This document shows, one piece after another, positions 11,471 through 28,000 of a stretch of 64,000 nucleotides of DNA. The DNA lies in NCBI RefSeq assembly GCF_964355755.1, contig NC_092676.1, forward strand, positions 12,944,771 to 13,008,770, given 5' to 3'. Every line of letters begins with the position of its first letter. Position 1 is the first letter of the stretch. Made by a program: the position numbers and the translations under genes. Source of the DNA: Antedon mediterranea. Lineage: Eukaryota > Animalia > Echinodermata. The notes below the pieces were generated by a model. The model was given only the letters and a program-made list of their open reading frames with translations, was not told where the DNA came from and ran no database searches.

Positions 11471-14400
11471 ATCAAATTGCACAAAATAGCTTAATACCGT
11501 GTTTGAAATCATTTTAAACCATTTTGAGCATGTCGATAAAACTTTTCACACAAAAACATCAAAGTGTTTAGAATATCTCCAAATCGCATTTGGAGACGTT
11601 TTAGACCATTTTGTGCATTTCGATGAAACTTGGTTACACAAAAACATCAAAGTGCTTAAAATCACATTTGAAACCGTTTTAGAGCATTTTGAGCATTTCG
11701 ATAAAACTTTTCAAACAAAAACATCAAAGTGTACAAAATAGCTTCAAATCACATTTGAAACCGTTTTAGACCATTTTGAGCATTTCGATAAAACTTTTCA
11801 CACAAAAACATCAAAGTGTACAAAATAGCTTCAAATCGCATTTGGAGACGTTTTAGACCATTTTGTGCATTTCGATGAAACTTGGTTACACAAAAACATC
11901 AAAGTGCTTAAAATCACATTTGAAACCGTTTTAGAGCATTTTTAGCATTTCGATAATACTTTTCACACAAAACATTAAAGTGTACAAAATAGCTTAGACC
12001 ATTTTGTGCATTTCGATGAAACTTGGTTACACAAAAACATCAAAGTGCTTAAAATCACATTTGAAACCGTTTTAGACCATTTTGAGCATTTCGATAAAAC
12101 TTTTCACACAAAAAAATCAAAGTGCACAAAATAGCTTCAAATCGCATTTGGGGACGTTTTAGACTATTTTGTGCATTTCGAAAAAAATTGTTAACATAAA
12201 AAGACCAAAGTGTTTAGAATATCTCCAAATCGCATTTAGAGACGTTTTAGACCATTTTTTGCATTTCGATGAAACTTGGTTACACAAAAACATCAAAGTG
12301 CTTAAAATCACATTTAAAACCGTTTTAGAGCATTTTTAGCATTTCGATAAAACTTTTCACACAAAAACATCAAAGTGTACAAAATAGCTTCAAATCGCAT
12401 TTAGAGAGGTTTTAGACAATTTTGTGCATTTCGATAAAACTTCTCACACAAAAACATCAAAGTGTACAAAATAGCTTCAAATTGCATTTAGAGACGTTTT
12501 AGACCATTTTGTGCATTTCGATAAAACTTTTCACACAAAAACATCAAATTGCACAAAATCGTTTTAAACCATTTTAAATCGTTTTAAACCATTTTGAGCA
12601 TTTCGATAAAACTTTTCACAAAAAACATCAAAGTGTTTAGAATATCTTCAAATCACATTTGGAGACGTTTTAGACCATTTTTTGCATTTCGATGAAACTT
12701 GGTTACACAAAAACATCAAAGTGCTTAAAATCACATTTGAAACCGTTTTAGAGCATTTTGAGCATTTCGATAAAACTTTTCACACAAAAACATCAAAGTG
12801 TACAAAATAGCTTCAAATCGCATTTAGATTCGTTTTAGACCATTTTGTGCATTTCGAAAAAATTTGTTAACATAAAAAGACCAAAGTGTTTAGAATATCT
12901 CCAAATCGCATTTGGAGACGTTTTAGACCATTTTGTGCATTTCGATGAAACTTGGTTACACAAAAACATCAAAGTGCTTAAAATCACATTTGAAACCGTT
13001 TTAGACCATTTTGAGCATTTCGATAAAACTTTTCACACAAAAAAATCAAAGTGCACAAAATAGCTTCAAATCGCATTTGGGGACGTTTTAGACTATTTTG
13101 TGCATTTCGAAAAAATTTGTTAACATAAAAAGACCAAAGTGTTTAGAATATCTCCAAATCGCATTTGGAGACGTTTTAAACCATTTTGTGCATTTCGATG
13201 GAACTTGGTTACACAAAAACATCAAAGTGCTTAAAATCACATTTAAAACCGTTTTAGAGCATTTTTAGCATTTCGATAAAACTTTTCACACAAAAACATC
13301 AAAGTGTACAAAATAGCTTCAAATCGCATTTGGAGACGTTTTAGACCATTTTGTGCATTTCGATGAAACTTGGTTACACAAAAACATCAAAGTGCTTAAA
13401 ATCACATTTGAAACCGTTTTAGACCATTTTGAGCATTTCGATAAAACTTTTCACACAAAAAAATCAAAGTGCACAAAATAGCTTCAAATCGCATTTGGAG
13501 ACGTTTTAGACTATTTTGTGCATTTTGAAAAAATTTGTTAACATAAAAAGACCAAAGTGTTTAGAATATCTCCAAATCGCATTTGGAGACGTTTTAAACC
13601 ATTTTGTGCATTTCGATGGAACTTGGTTACACAAAAACATCAAAGTGCTTAAAATCACATTTAAAACCGTTTTAGAGCATTTTGAGCATTTCGATAAAAC
13701 TTTTCACACAAAAACATCAAAGTGTACAAAATAGCTTCAAATCGCATTTAGAGACGTTTTAGACCATTTTGTGCATTTCGATAAAACTTTTCACACAAAA
13801 ACATCAAAGTGTACAAAATAGCTTCAAATCGCATTTAGAGACGTTTTAGACCATTTTGTGCATTTCGATAAAACTTTTCACACAAAAACATCAAATTGCA
13901 CAAAATAGCTTAATACCGTGTTTGAAATCGTTTTAAACCATTTTGAGCATGTCGATAAAACTTTTCACAAAAAAACATCAAAGTGCACAGAATAGCTTCA
14001 AATCGCATTTGGAGACGTTTTAAACCATTTTGAGCATTTCGATAAAACTTTTCACACAAAAACATCAAAGTGTACAAAATAGCTTCAAATCGCATTTAGA
14101 GAGGTTTTAGACCATTTTGTGCATTTCGATAAAACTTTTCACACAAAACCATCAAATTGCACAAAATAGCTTAATATCGTGTTTGAAAACGTTTTAAACC
14201 ATTTTGAGCATGTCGATAAAACTTTTCACACAAAAATATCAAAGCGCACAGAATATCTTCAAATCGCATTTAGAGACGTTTTAGACCATTTTGTGCATTT
14301 CGAAAAAATTTGTTAACATAAAAAGACCAAAGCGTTTAGAATATCTCCAAATCGCATTTGGAGACGTTTTAGACCATTTTGTGCATTTCGATGAAACTTG

Positions 14401-17179
14401 GTTACACAAAAACATCAAAGTGCTTAAAATCACATTTAAAACCGTTTTAGAGCGTTTTGAGCATTTCGATAAACTTTTCACACAAAAACATCAAAGTGCA
14501 CAAAATAGCTTCAAATCGCATTTAGAGATGTTTTAGACCATTTTGTGAATTTCGATAAAACTTTTCACACAAAAACATCAAATTGCACAAAATAGCTTAA
14601 TACCGTGTTTGAAATCGTTTTAAACCATTTTGAGCATGTCGATAAAACTTTTCACACAAAAACATCAAAGTGTACAAAATAGCTTCAAATCGCATTTAGA
14701 GAGGTTTTAGACCATTTTGTGCATTTCGATAAAACTTTTCACACAAAAACATCAAAGTGTACAAAATAGCTTCAAATCGCATTTGGAGACGTTTTAGACC
14801 ATTTTGTGCATTTCGATGAAACTTGGTTACACAAAAACATCAAAGTGCTTAAAATTACATTTGAAAGCGTTTTAGAGCATTTTGAGCATTTCGATAATAC
14901 TTTTCACACAAAAACATCAAAGTGTACAAAGTAGCTTCAAATCGCATTTGGAGACGTTTTAGACCATTTTGTGCATTTCGATGAAACTTGGTTACACAAA
15001 AACATCAAAGTGCTTAAAATCACATTTGAAACCGTTTTAGACCATTTTGAGCGTTTCGATAAAACTTTTCACACAAAAACATCAAAGTGCACAAAATAGC
15101 TTCAAATCGCATTTGGAGACGTTTTAGACTATTTTGTGCATTTCGAAAAAATTTGTTAACATAAAAAGACCAAAGTGTTTAGAATATCTCCAAATCGCAT
15201 TTGGAGACGTTTTAAACCATTTTGTGCATTTCGATGGAACTTGGTTACACAAAAACATCAAAGTGCTTAAAATCACATTTAAAACCGTTTTAGAGCATTT
15301 TGAGCATTTCGATAAAACTTTTCACACAAAAACATCAAAGTGTACAAAATAGCTTCAAATCGCATTTAGAGACGTTTTAGACCATTTTGTGCATTTTGTT
15401 AAAACTTTTCACACAAAAACATCAAATTGCACAAAATAGCTTAATATTGTGTTTGAAAACGTTTTAAACCATTTTGAGCATGTCGATAAAACTTTTCACA
15501 CAAAAATATCAAAGTGCCCAGAATATCTTCAAATCGCATTTAGAGACGTTTTAGACCATTTTGTGCATTTCGAAAAAATTTGTTAACATAAAAAGACCAA
15601 AGTGTTTAGATTATCTCTAAATCGCATTTGGAGACGTTTTAGACCATTTTGTGTTTTTCGAAAAAACTTTTCACACAAAAACATCAAAGTGTACAAAATT
15701 GCTTCAAATCGCATTTAGAGAGGTTTTAGACCATTTTGTGCATTTCGATAAAACTTTTCACACAAAAACATCAAAGTGCACAGAATATCTTAATACCGTG
15801 TCTGAAATCGTTTTAAACCATTTTGAGCATGTCGATAAAACTTTTCACACAAAAACATCAAAGTGCACAGAATATCTTCAAATCGCATTTAGAGACGTTT
15901 TAGACCATTTTGTGCATTTCGAAAAAATTTGTTAACATAAAAAGACCAAAGTGTTTAGAATATCTCCAAATCGCATTTGGAGACGTTTTAGACCATTTTG
16001 TGCATTTCGATGAAACTTGGTTACACAAAAACATCAAAGTGCTTAAAATCACATTTGAAACCGTTTTAGAGCATTTTGAGCATTTCGATAAAACTTTTCA
16101 CACAAAAACATCAAAGTGTACAAAATAGCTTCAAATCACATTTGAAACCGTTTTAGACCATTTTGAGCATTTCGATAAAACTTTTCACACAAAAACATCA
16201 AAGTGTACAGAATAGCTTCAAATCGCATTTGGAGACGTTTTAGACCATTTTGTGCATTTCGATGAAACTTGGTTACACAAAAACATCAAAGTGCTTAAAA
16301 TCACATTTGAAACCGTTTTAGAGCATTTTTAACATTTCGATAATACTTTTCACACAAAAACATCAAATTGCACAAAATAGCTTCAAATCACATTTGGAGA
16401 CGTTTTAGACCATTTTGTGCATTTCGATGAAACTTGGTTACACAAAAACATCAAAGTGCTTAAAATCACATTTGAAACCGTTTTAGAGCATTTTGAGCAT
16501 TTCGATAAAACTTTTCACACAAAAACATCAAAGTGTACAAAATAGCTTCAAATCACATTTGAAACCGTTTTAGACCATTTTGAGCATTTCGATAAAACTT
16601 TTCACACAAAAACATCAAAGTGTATAGAATAGCTTCAAATCGCATTTGGAGACGTTTTAGACCATTTTGTGCATTTCGATGAAACTTGGTTACACAAAAA
16701 CATCAAAGTGCTTAAAATCACATTTGAAACCGTTTTAGAGCATTTTTAACATTTCGATAATACTTTTCACACAAAAACATCAAAGTGTACAAAATAGCTT
16801 CAAATCGCATTTGGAGACGTTTTAGACCATTTTGTGCATTTCGATGAAACTTGGTAACACAAAAACATCAAAGTGCTTAAAATCACATTTGAAACCGTTT
16901 TAGAGCATTTTGAGCATTTCGATAAAACTTTTCACACAAAAAAATCAAAGTGCACAAAATAGCTTCAAATCGCATTTGGAGAGGTTTTAGACCATTTTGT
17001 GCATTTCGATAAAACTTTTCACACAAAAACATCAAAGTGTACAAAATAGCTTCAAATCTTATTTAGAGACGTTTTAGACCATTTTGTGCATTTCGATGAA
17101 ACTTGGTTACACAAAAACATCAAAGTGCTTAAAATCACATTTAAAACCGTTTTAGAGCGTTTTGAGCATTTCGATAAAC

Positions 17180-20100
17180 TTTTTACACAAAAACATCAAA
17201 GTGCACAAAATAGCTTCAAATCGCATTTAGAGATGTTTTAGACCATTTTTTGCATTTCGATAAAATTTTTCACACAAAAACATCAAATTGCACAAAATAG
17301 CTTAATACCGTGTTTGAAATCATTTTAAACCATTTTGAGCATGTCGATAAAACTTTTCACACAAAAACATCAAAGTGCACAGAATATCTTCAAATCGCAT
17401 TTAGAGACGTTTTAGACCATTTTGTGCATTTCGAAAAAATTTGTTAACATAAAAAGACAAAAGTGTTTAGAATATCTCCAAATCGCATTTGGAGACGTTT
17501 TAGACCATTTTGTGCATTTCGATGAAACTTGGTTACACAAAAACATCAAAGTGCTTAAAATCACATTTGAAACCGTTTTAGAGCATTTTGAGCATTTCGA
17601 TAAAACTTTACACACAAAAACATCGAAGTGTACAAAATAGCTTCAAATCACATTTGAAACCGTTTTAGACCATTTTGAGCATTTCGATAAAACTTTTCAC
17701 ACAAAAACATCAAAGTGTACAAAATAGCTTCAAATCGCATTTGGAGACGTTTTAGACCATTTTGTGCATTTCGATGAAACTTGGTTACACAAAAACATCA
17801 AAGTGCTTAAAATCACATTTGAAACCGTTTTAGAGCATTTTTAGCATTTCGATAATACTTTTCACACAAAAACATCAAAGAGTACAAAATAGCTTCAAAT
17901 CGCATTTGGAGACGTTTTAGACCGTTTTGTGCATTTCGATGAAACTTGGTTACACAAAAACATCAAAGTGCTTAAAATCACATTTGAAACCGTTTTAGAC
18001 CATTTTGAGCATTTCGATAAAACTTTTCACACAAAAAAATCAAAGTGCACAAAATAGCTTCAAATCGCATTTGGAGACGTTTTAGACTATTTTGTGCATT
18101 TCGAAAAAATTTGTTAACATAAAAAGACCAAAGTGTTTAGAATATCTCCAAATCGCATTTGGAGACGTTTTAAACCATTTTGTGCATTTCGATGGAACTT
18201 GGTTACACAAAAACATCAAAGTTCTTAAAATCACATTTAAAACCGTTTTAGAGCATTTTGAGCATTTCGATAAAACTTTTCACACAAAAACATCAAAGTG
18301 TACAAAATAGCTTCAAATCGCATTTAGAGACGTTTTAGACCATTTTGTGCATTTTGATAAAACTTTTCACACAAAAACATCAAATTGCACAAAATAGCTT
18401 AATATTGTGTTTGAAAACGTTTTAAACCATTTTGAGCATGTCGATAAAACTTTTCACACAAAAATATCAAAGTGCCCAGAATATCTTCAAATCGCATTTA
18501 GAGACGTTTTAGACCATTTTGTGCATTTCGATGAAACTTGGTTACACAAAAACATCAAAGTGCTTAAAATCACATTTGAAACCGTTTTAGAGCATTTTGA
18601 GCATTTCGATAAAACTTTTCACACAAAAACATCAAAGTGTACAAAATAGCTTCAAATCACATTTGAAACCGTTTTAGACCATTTTGAGCATTTCGATAAA
18701 ACTTTTCACACAAAAACATCAAAGTGTACAGAATAGCTTCAAATCGCATTTGGAGACGTTTTAGACCATTTTGTGCATTTCGATGAAACTTGGTTACACA
18801 AAAACATCAAAGTGCTTAAAATCACATTTGAAACCGTTTTAGAGCATTTTTAACATTTCGATAATACTTTTCACACAAAAACATCAAATTGCACAAAATA
18901 GCTTCAAATCACATTTGGAGACGTTTTAGACCATTTTGTGCATTTCGATGAAACTTGGTTACACAAAAACATCAAAGTGCTTAAAATCACATTTGAAACC
19001 GTTTTAGAGCATTTTGAGCATTTCGATAAAACTTTTCACAAAAAAAAATCAAACTGCACAAAATAGCTTCAAATCGCATTTGGAGAGGTTTTAGACCATT
19101 TTGTGCATTTCGATAAAACTTTTCACACAAAAACATCAAAGTGTACAAAATAGCTTCAAATCGCATTTAGAGACGTTTTAGACCATTTTGTGCATTTCGA
19201 TAAAACTTTTCACACAAAAACATCAAATTGCACAAAATAGCTTAATATCGTGTTTGAAAACGTTTTAAACCATTTTGAGCATGTCGATAAAACTTTTCAC
19301 AAAAAAATATCAAAGTGCACAGAATATCTTCAAATCGCATTTAGAGACGTTTTAGACCATTTTGTGCATTTCGATGAAACTTGGTTACACAAAAACATCA
19401 AAGTGCTTAAAATCACATTTAAAACTGTTTTAGAGCGTTTTGAGCATTTCGATAAAACTTTTCACACAAAAACATCAAATTGCACAAAATAGCTTAATAC
19501 CGTGTTTGAAATCATTTTAAACCATTTTGAGCATGTCGATAAAACTTTTCACACAAAAACATCAAAGTGCACAGAATATCTTCAAATCGCATTTAGAGAC
19601 GTTTTAGACCATTTTGTGCATTTCGAAAAAATTTGTTAACATAAAAAGACCAAAGTGTTTAGAATATCTCCAAATCGCAATTTGAGACGTTTTAGACCAT
19701 TTTGTGCATTTCGATGAAACTTGGTTACACAAAAACATCAAAGTGCTTAAAATCACATTTGAAACCGTTTTAGAGCATTTTGAGCATTTCGATAAAACTT
19801 TTCACACAAAAACATCAAAGTGTACAAAATAGCTTCAAATCACATTTGAAACCGTTTTAGACCATTTTGAGCATTTCGATAAAACTTTTCACACAAAAAC
19901 ATCAAAGTGTACAAAATAGCTTCAAATCGCATTTGGAGACGTTTTAGACCATTTTGTGCATTTCGATGAAACTTGGTTACACAAAAACATCAAAGTGCTT
20001 AAAATCACATTTTAAACCGTTTTAGAGCATTTTTAGCATTTCGATAATACTTTTCACACAAAAACATCAAAGTGTACAAAATAGCTTCAAATCGCAGTTA

Positions 20101-23100
20101 GAGATGTTTTAGACCATTTTGTGCAATTCGATAAAACTTTTCACACAAAAACATCAAATTGCACAAAATAGCTTAATATCGTGTTTGAAAACGTTTTAGA
20201 CCATTTTGAGCATGTCGATAAAACTTTTCACACAAAAACATAAAAGTGAACAGAATAGCTTCAAATTGCATTTGGAGACGTTTTAGAGCATTTTGTGCAT
20301 TTCGATAAAATGTGTTAACATAAAAAGACCAAAGTGTTTAGAATATCTTCAAATCACATTTGGAGACGTTTTAGACCATTTTTTGCATTTCGATGAAACT
20401 TGGTTACACAAAAACATCAAAGTGCTTAAAATCACATTTAAAACCGTTTTAGAGCATTTTGAGCATTTCGATAAAACTTTTCACACAAAAACATCAAAGT
20501 GTACAAAATAGCTTCAAATCGCATTTAGAGAGGTTTTAGACCATTTTGTGCATTTCGATAAAACTTTTCACACAAAAACATCAAAGTGTACAAAATAACT
20601 TCAAATCGTATTTAGAGACGTTTTAGACCATTTTGTGCATTTTGATAAAACTTTTCACACAAAAACATCAAATTGCACAAAATAGCTTAATATCGTGTTT
20701 GAAAACGTTTTAAACCATTTTGAGCATGTCGATAAAACTTTTCACACAAAAATATCAAAGTGCACAGAATATCTTCAAATCGCATTTAGAGACGTTTTAG
20801 ACCATTTTGTGCATTTCGAAAAAATTTGTTAACATAAAAAGACCAAAGTGTTTAGAATATCTCCAAATCGCATTTGGAGACGTTTTAGACCATTTTGTGT
20901 TTTTCGAAAAAACTTTTCACACAAAAACATCAAAGTGTACAAAATTCCTTCAAATCGCATTTGGAGACGTTTTAGACCATTTTGTGATTTTCGAAAAACT
21001 TTTCACACAAAAACATCAAAGTGTAGAAAATTGCTTCAAATCGCATTTAGAGATGTTTTAGAGCATTTTGTGCATTTCGAAAAAATTTGTTAACATAAAA
21101 AGACCAAAGTGTTTAGAATATCTCCAAATCACATTTGGAGACGTTTTAGACCATTTTGTGCATTTCGATGACACTTGGTTACACAAAAACATCAAAGTGC
21201 TTAAAATCACATTTAAAACCGTTTTAGAGCGTTTTGAGCATTTCGATAAACTTTTCAAACAAAAACATCAAAGTGTACAAAATAGCTTCAAATCGTATTT
21301 GGAGACGTTTTAGACCATTTTGTGCGTTTCGATGAATCTTGGTTACACAAAAACATCAAAGTGCTTAAAATCAAATTTAAAACCGTTTTAGTGCATTTTG
21401 AGCATTTCGATAAAACTTTTCACACAAAAACATCAAAGTGCACAAAATAGCTTCAAATCGCATTTAGAGATGTTTTAGACCATTTTGTGCGTTTCGATAA
21501 AACTTTTCACACAAAAACATCAAATTGCACAAAATAGCTTAATATCGTGTTTGAAAACGTTTTAGACCATTTTGAGCATGTCGATAAAACTTTTCACACA
21601 AAAACATAAAAGTGCACAGAATAGCTTCAAATCGCATTTGGAGACGTTTTAGACCATTTTGTGCATTTCGAAAAAACTTTTTAACATAAAAACACCAAAG
21701 TGCTTAGAATAGCTTCAAATCGCATTTGGAGACGTTTTAGACCATTTTGTGCATTTCGATGAAACTTGGTTACACAAAAACATCAAAGTGCTTAAAATCA
21801 CATTTGAAACCGTTTTAGAGCATTTTGAGCATTTCGATAAAACTTTTCACACAAAAACATCAAAGTGTACAAAATAGCTTCAAATCACATTTGAAACCGT
21901 TTTAGACCATTTTGAGCATTTCGATAAAACTTTTCACACAAAAACATCAAAGTGTACAAAATAGCTTCAAATCGCATTTGGAGACGTTTTAGACCATTTT
22001 GTGCATTTCGATGGAACTTGGTTACACAAAAACATCAAAGTGCTTAAAATCACATTTAAAACCGTTTTAGAGCATTTTGAGCATTTCGATAAAACTTTTC
22101 ACACAAAAACATCAAAGTGTACAAAATAGCTTCAAATCGCATTTAGAGACGTTTGAGACCATTTTGTGCATTTTGATAAAACTTTTCACACAAAAACATC
22201 AAATTGCACAAAATAGCTTAATATTGTGTTTGAAAACGTAGTAAACCATTTTGAGCATGTCGATAAAACTTTTCACACAAAAATATCAAAGTGCCCAGAA
22301 TATCTTCAAATCGCATTTAGAGACGTTTTAGACCATTTTGTGCATTTCGAAAAAATTTGTTAACATAAAAAGACCAAAGTGTTTAGATTATCTCCAAATC
22401 GCATTTGGAGACGTTTTAGACCATTTTGTGTTTTTCGAAAAAACTTTTCACACAAAAACATCAAAGTGTACAAAATTGCTTCAAATCGCATTTAGAGAGG
22501 TTTTAGACCATTTTGTGCATTTCGATAAAACTTTTACACAAAAACATCAAAGTGCACAGAATATCTTAATACCGTGTCTGAAATCGTTTTAAACCATTTT
22601 GAGCATGTCGATAAAACTTTTCACACAAAAACATCAAAGTGCACAGAATATCTTCAAATCGCATTTAGAGACGTTTTAGACCATTTTGTGCATTTCGAAA
22701 AAATTTGTTAACATAAAAAGACCAAAGTGTTTAGAATATCTCCAAATCGCATTTGGAGACGTTTTAGACCATTTTGTGCATTTCGATGAAACTTGGTTAC
22801 ACAAAAACATCAAAGTGCTTAAAATCACATTTGAAACCGTTTTAGAGCATTTTGAGCATTTCGATAAAACTTTTCACACAAAAACATCAAAGTGTACAAA
22901 ATAGCTTCAAATCACATTTGAAACCGTTTTAGACCATTTTGAGCATTTCGATAAAACTTTTCACACAAAAACATCAAAGTGTACAGAATAGCTTCAAATC
23001 GCATTTGGAGACGTTTTAGACCATTTTGTGCATTTCGATGAAACTTGGTTACACAAAAACATCAAAGTGCTTAAAATCACATTTGAAACCGTTTTAGAGC

Positions 23101-26100
23101 ATTTTTAACATTTCGATAATACTTTTCACACAAAAACATCAAAGTGTACAAAATAGCTTCAAATCGCATTTGGAGACGTTTTAGACACATTTTGTGCATT
23201 TCGATGAAACTTGGTTACACAAAAACATCAAAGTGCTTAAAATCACATTTGAAACCGTTTTAGAGCATTTTGAGCATTTCGATAAAACTTTTCACACAAA
23301 AAAATCAAAGTGCACAAAATAGCTTCAAATCGCATTTGGAGAGGTTTTAGACCATTTTGTGCATTTCGATAAAACTTTTCACACAAAAACATCAAAGTGT
23401 ACAAAATAGCTTCAAATCGCATTTAGAGACGTTTTAGACCATTTTGTGCATTTCGATGAAACATGGTTACACAAAAACATCAAAGTGCTTAAAATCACAT
23501 TTAAAACGGTTTTAGAGCGTTTTGAGCATTTCGATAAACTTTTTACAAAAAAACATCAAAGTGCACAAAATAGCTTCAAATCGCATTTAGAGATGTTTTA
23601 GACCATTTTGTGCATTTCGATAAAACTTTTCACACAAAAACATCAAATTGCACAAAATAGCTTAATACCGTGTTTGAAATCATTTTAAACCATTTTGAGC
23701 ATGTCGATAAAACTTTTCACACAAAAACATCAAAGTGCACAGAATATCTCCAAATCGCATTTGGAGACGTTTTAGACCATTTTGTGCATTTCGATGAAAC
23801 TTGGTTACACAAAAACATCAAAGTGCTTAAAATCACATTTGAAACCGTTTTAGAGCATTTTGAGCATTTCGATAAAACTTTTCACACAAAAACATCAAAG
23901 TGTACAAAATAGCTTCAAATCACATTTGAAACCGTTTTAGACCATTTTGAGCATTTCGATAAAACTTTTCACACAAAAACATCAAAGTGTACAAAATAGC
24001 TTCAAATCGCATTTGGAGACGTTTTAGACCATTTTGTGCATTTCGATGAAACTTGGTTACACAAAAACATCAAAGTGCTTAAAATCACATTTGAAACCGT
24101 TTTAGAGCATTTTTAGCATTTCGATAATACTTTTCACACAAAAACATCAAAGTGTACAAAATAGCTTCAAATCGCATTTGGAGACGTTTTAGACCATTTT
24201 GTGCATTTCGATGAAACTTGGTAACACAAAAACATCAAAGTGCTTAAAATCACATTTGAAACCGTTTTAGACCATTTTGAGCATTTCGATAAAACTTTTC
24301 ACACAAAAAAATCAAAGTGCACAAAATAGCTTCAAATCGCATTTGGTGACGTTTTAGACTATTTTGTGCATTTCGAAAAAATTTGTTAACATAAAAAGAC
24401 CAAAGTGTTTAGAATATCTCCAAATCGCATTTGGAGACGTTTTAAACCATTTTGTGCATTTCGATGGAACTTGGTTACACAAAAACATCAAAGTGCTTAA
24501 AATCACATTTAAAACCGTTTTAGAGCATTTTTAGCATTTCGATAAAACATTTCACACAAAAACATCAAAGTGCACAAAATAGCTTCAAATCGCATTTAGA
24601 GATGTTTTAGACCATTTTGTGAATTTCGATAAAACTTTTCACACAAAAACATCAAATTGCACAAAATAGCTTAATACCGTGTTTGAAATCATTTTAAACC
24701 ATTTTGAGCATGTCGATAAAACTTTTCACACAAAAACATCAAAGTGCACAGAATTTCTTCAAATCGCATTTAGAGACGTTTTAGACCATTTTGTGCATTT
24801 CGAAAAAATTTGTTAACATAAAAAGACCAAAGTGTTTAGAATATCTCCAAATCGCATTTGGAGACGTTTTAGACCATTTTGTGCATTTCGATGAAACTTG
24901 GTTACACAAAAACATCAAAGTGCTTAAAATCACATTTGAAACCGTTTTAGAGCATTTTGAGCATTTCGATAAAACTTTTCACACAAAAACATCAAAGTGT
25001 ACAAAATAGCTTCAAATCACATTTGAAACCGTTTTAGACCATTTTGAGCATTTCGATAAAACTTTTCACACAAAAACATCAAAGTGTACAAAATAGCTTC
25101 AAATCGCATTTGGAGACGTTTTAGACCATTTTGTGCATTTCGATGAAACTTGGTTACACAAAAACATCAAAGTGCTTAAAATCACATTTGAAACCGTTTT
25201 AGAGCATTTTTAGCATTTCGATAAAACTTTTCACACAAAAACATCAAAGTGTACAAAATAGCTTCAAATCGCATTTGGAGACGTTTTAGACCATTTTGTG
25301 CATTTCGATGAATCTTGGTTACACAAAAACATCAAAGTGCTTAAAATCACATTTGAAACCGTTTTAGACCATTTTGAGCATTTCGATAAAACTTTTCAGA
25401 CAAAAAAATCAAAGTGCACAAAATAGCTTCAAATCGCATTTGGGGACGTTTTAGACTATTTTGTGCATTTCGAAAAAATTTGTTAACATAAAAAGACCAA
25501 AGTGTTTAGAATATCTCCAAATCGCATTTGGAGACGTTTTAAACCATTTTGTGCATTTCGATGGAACTTGGTTACACAAAAACATCAAAGTGCTTAAAAT
25601 CACATTTAAAACCGTTTTAGAGCATTTTTAGCATTTCGATAAAACTTTTCACACAAAAACATCAAAGTGTACAAAATAGCTTCAAATCGCATTTAGAGAG
25701 GTTTTAGACCATTTTGTGCATTTCGATAAAACTTTTCACACAAAAACATCAAAGTGTACAAAATAGCTTCAAATTGCATTTAGAGACGTTTTAGACCATT
25801 TTGTGCATTTCGATAAAACTTTTCACACAAAAACATCAAATTGCACAAAATCGTTTTAAACCATTTTAAATCGTTTTAAACCATTTTGAGCATGTCGATA
25901 AAACTTTTCACAAAAAACATCAAAGTGCACAGAATAGCTTCAAATTGAATTTGGAGACGTTTTAGAGCATTTTTTGCATTTCGATAAAATGTGTTAACAT
26001 AAAAAGACCAAAGTGTTTAGAATATCTTCAAATCACATTTGGAGACATTTTAGACCATTTTTTGCGTTTCGATGAAACTTGGTTACACAAAAACATCAAA

Positions 26101-28000
26101 GTGCTTAAAATCACATTTGAAACCGTTTTAGAGCATTTTGAGCATTTCGATAAAACTTTTCACACAAAAACATCAAAGTGTACAAATTAGCTTCAAATCG
26201 CATTTAGAGACGTTTTAGACCATTTTGTGCATTTCGAAAAAATTTGTTAACATAAAAAGACCAAAGTGTTTAGAATATCTCCAAATCGCATTTGGAGACG
26301 TTTTAGACCATTTTGTGCATTTCGATGAAACTTGGTTACACAAAAACATCAAAGTGCTTAAAATCACATTTGAAACCGTTTTAGAGCATTTTTAGCATTT
26401 CGATAATACTTTTCACACAAAAACATCAAAGTGTACAAAATAGCTTCAAATCGCATTTGGAGACGTTTTAGACCATTTTGTGCATTTCGATGAAACTTGG
26501 TTACACAAAAACATGAAAGTGCTTAAAATCACATTTGAAACCGTTTTAGACCATTTTGAGCATTTCGATAAAACTTTTCACACAAAAAAATCAAAGTGCA
26601 CAAAATGGCTTCAAATCGCATTTGGAGACGTTTTAGACTATTTTGTGCATTTTGAAAAAATTTGTTAACATAAAAAGACCAAAGTGTTTAGAATATCTCC
26701 AAATCGCATTTGGAGACGTTTTAAACCATTTTGTGCATTTCGATGGAACTTGGTTACACAAAAACATCAAAGTGCTTAAAATCACATTTAAAACCGTTTT
26801 AGAGCATTTTGAGCATTTCGATAAAACTTTTCACACAAAAACATCAAATTGCACAAAATAGCTTAATACCGTGTTTGAAATCGTTTTAAACCATTTTGAG
26901 CATGTCGATAAAACTTTACACAAAAAAACATCAAAGTGCACAGAATAGCTTCAAATCGCATTTGGAGACGTTTTAAACCATTTTGTGCATTTCGATAAAA
27001 CTTTTCACATAAAAACAACAAAGTGTACAAAATAGCTTCAAATCGCATTTAGAGACGTTTTAGACCATTTTGGGAATTTCGATGAAACTTGGTTACACAA
27101 ATACATAAAAATGCTTAAAATCACATTTCAAACCGTTTTAGAGCATTTTGAGCATTTCGATAAAACTTTTCACACAAAAACATCAAAGTGCACAAAATAG
27201 CTTCAAATCGCATTTAGAGATGTTTTAGACCATTTTGTGCAATTCGATAAAACTTTTCACACAAAAACATCAAATTGCACAAAATAGCTTAATATCGTGT
27301 TTGAAAACGTTTTAGACCATTTTGAGCATGTCGATAAAACTTTTCACACAAAAACATAAAAGTGAACAGAATAGCTTCAAATTGCATTTGGAGACGTTTT
27401 AGAGCATTTTGTGCATTTCGATAAAATGTGTTAACATAAAAAGACCAAAGTGTTTAGAATATCTTCAAATCACATTTGGAGACGTACTTTAGACCATTTT
27501 TTGCATTTCGATGAAACTTGGTTACACAAAAACATCAAAGTGCTTAAAATCACATTTAAAACCGTTTTAGAGCATTTTGAGCATTTCGATAAAACTTTTC
27601 ACACAAAAACATCAAAGTGTACAAAATAGCTTCAAATCGCATTTAGAGAGGTTTTAGACCATTTTGTGCATTTCGATAAAACTTTTCACACAAAAACATC
27701 AAAGTGTACAAAATAACTTCAAATCGTATTTAGAGACGTTTTAGACCATTTTGTTAAAACTTTTCACACAAAAACATCAAATTGCACAAAATAGCTTAAT
27801 ATCGTGTTTGAAAACGTTTTAAACCATTTTGAGCATGTCGATAAAACTTTTCACACAAAAATATCAAAGTGCACAGAATATCTTCAAATCGCATTTAGAG
27901 ACGTTTTAGACCATTTTGTGCATTTCGAAAAAATTTGTTAACATAAAAAGACCAAAGTGTTTAGAATATCTCCAAATCGCATTTGGAGACGTTTTAGACC
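17180..28000 (+). repeat. ~11-kb block, left copy (repeated at ~47890-58900)
   Basis: Stepwise offsets are 30710 (17422/48132), 30798 (19250/50048, 20293/51091, 21068/51866), 30895 (24791/55686, 26863/57758) and 30904 (27916/58820). Shared rare markers include aagacaaaag, tcgcaatttgag, gggaatttcg...atacataaaaatgc and gacgtacttt. Confidence 0.9.
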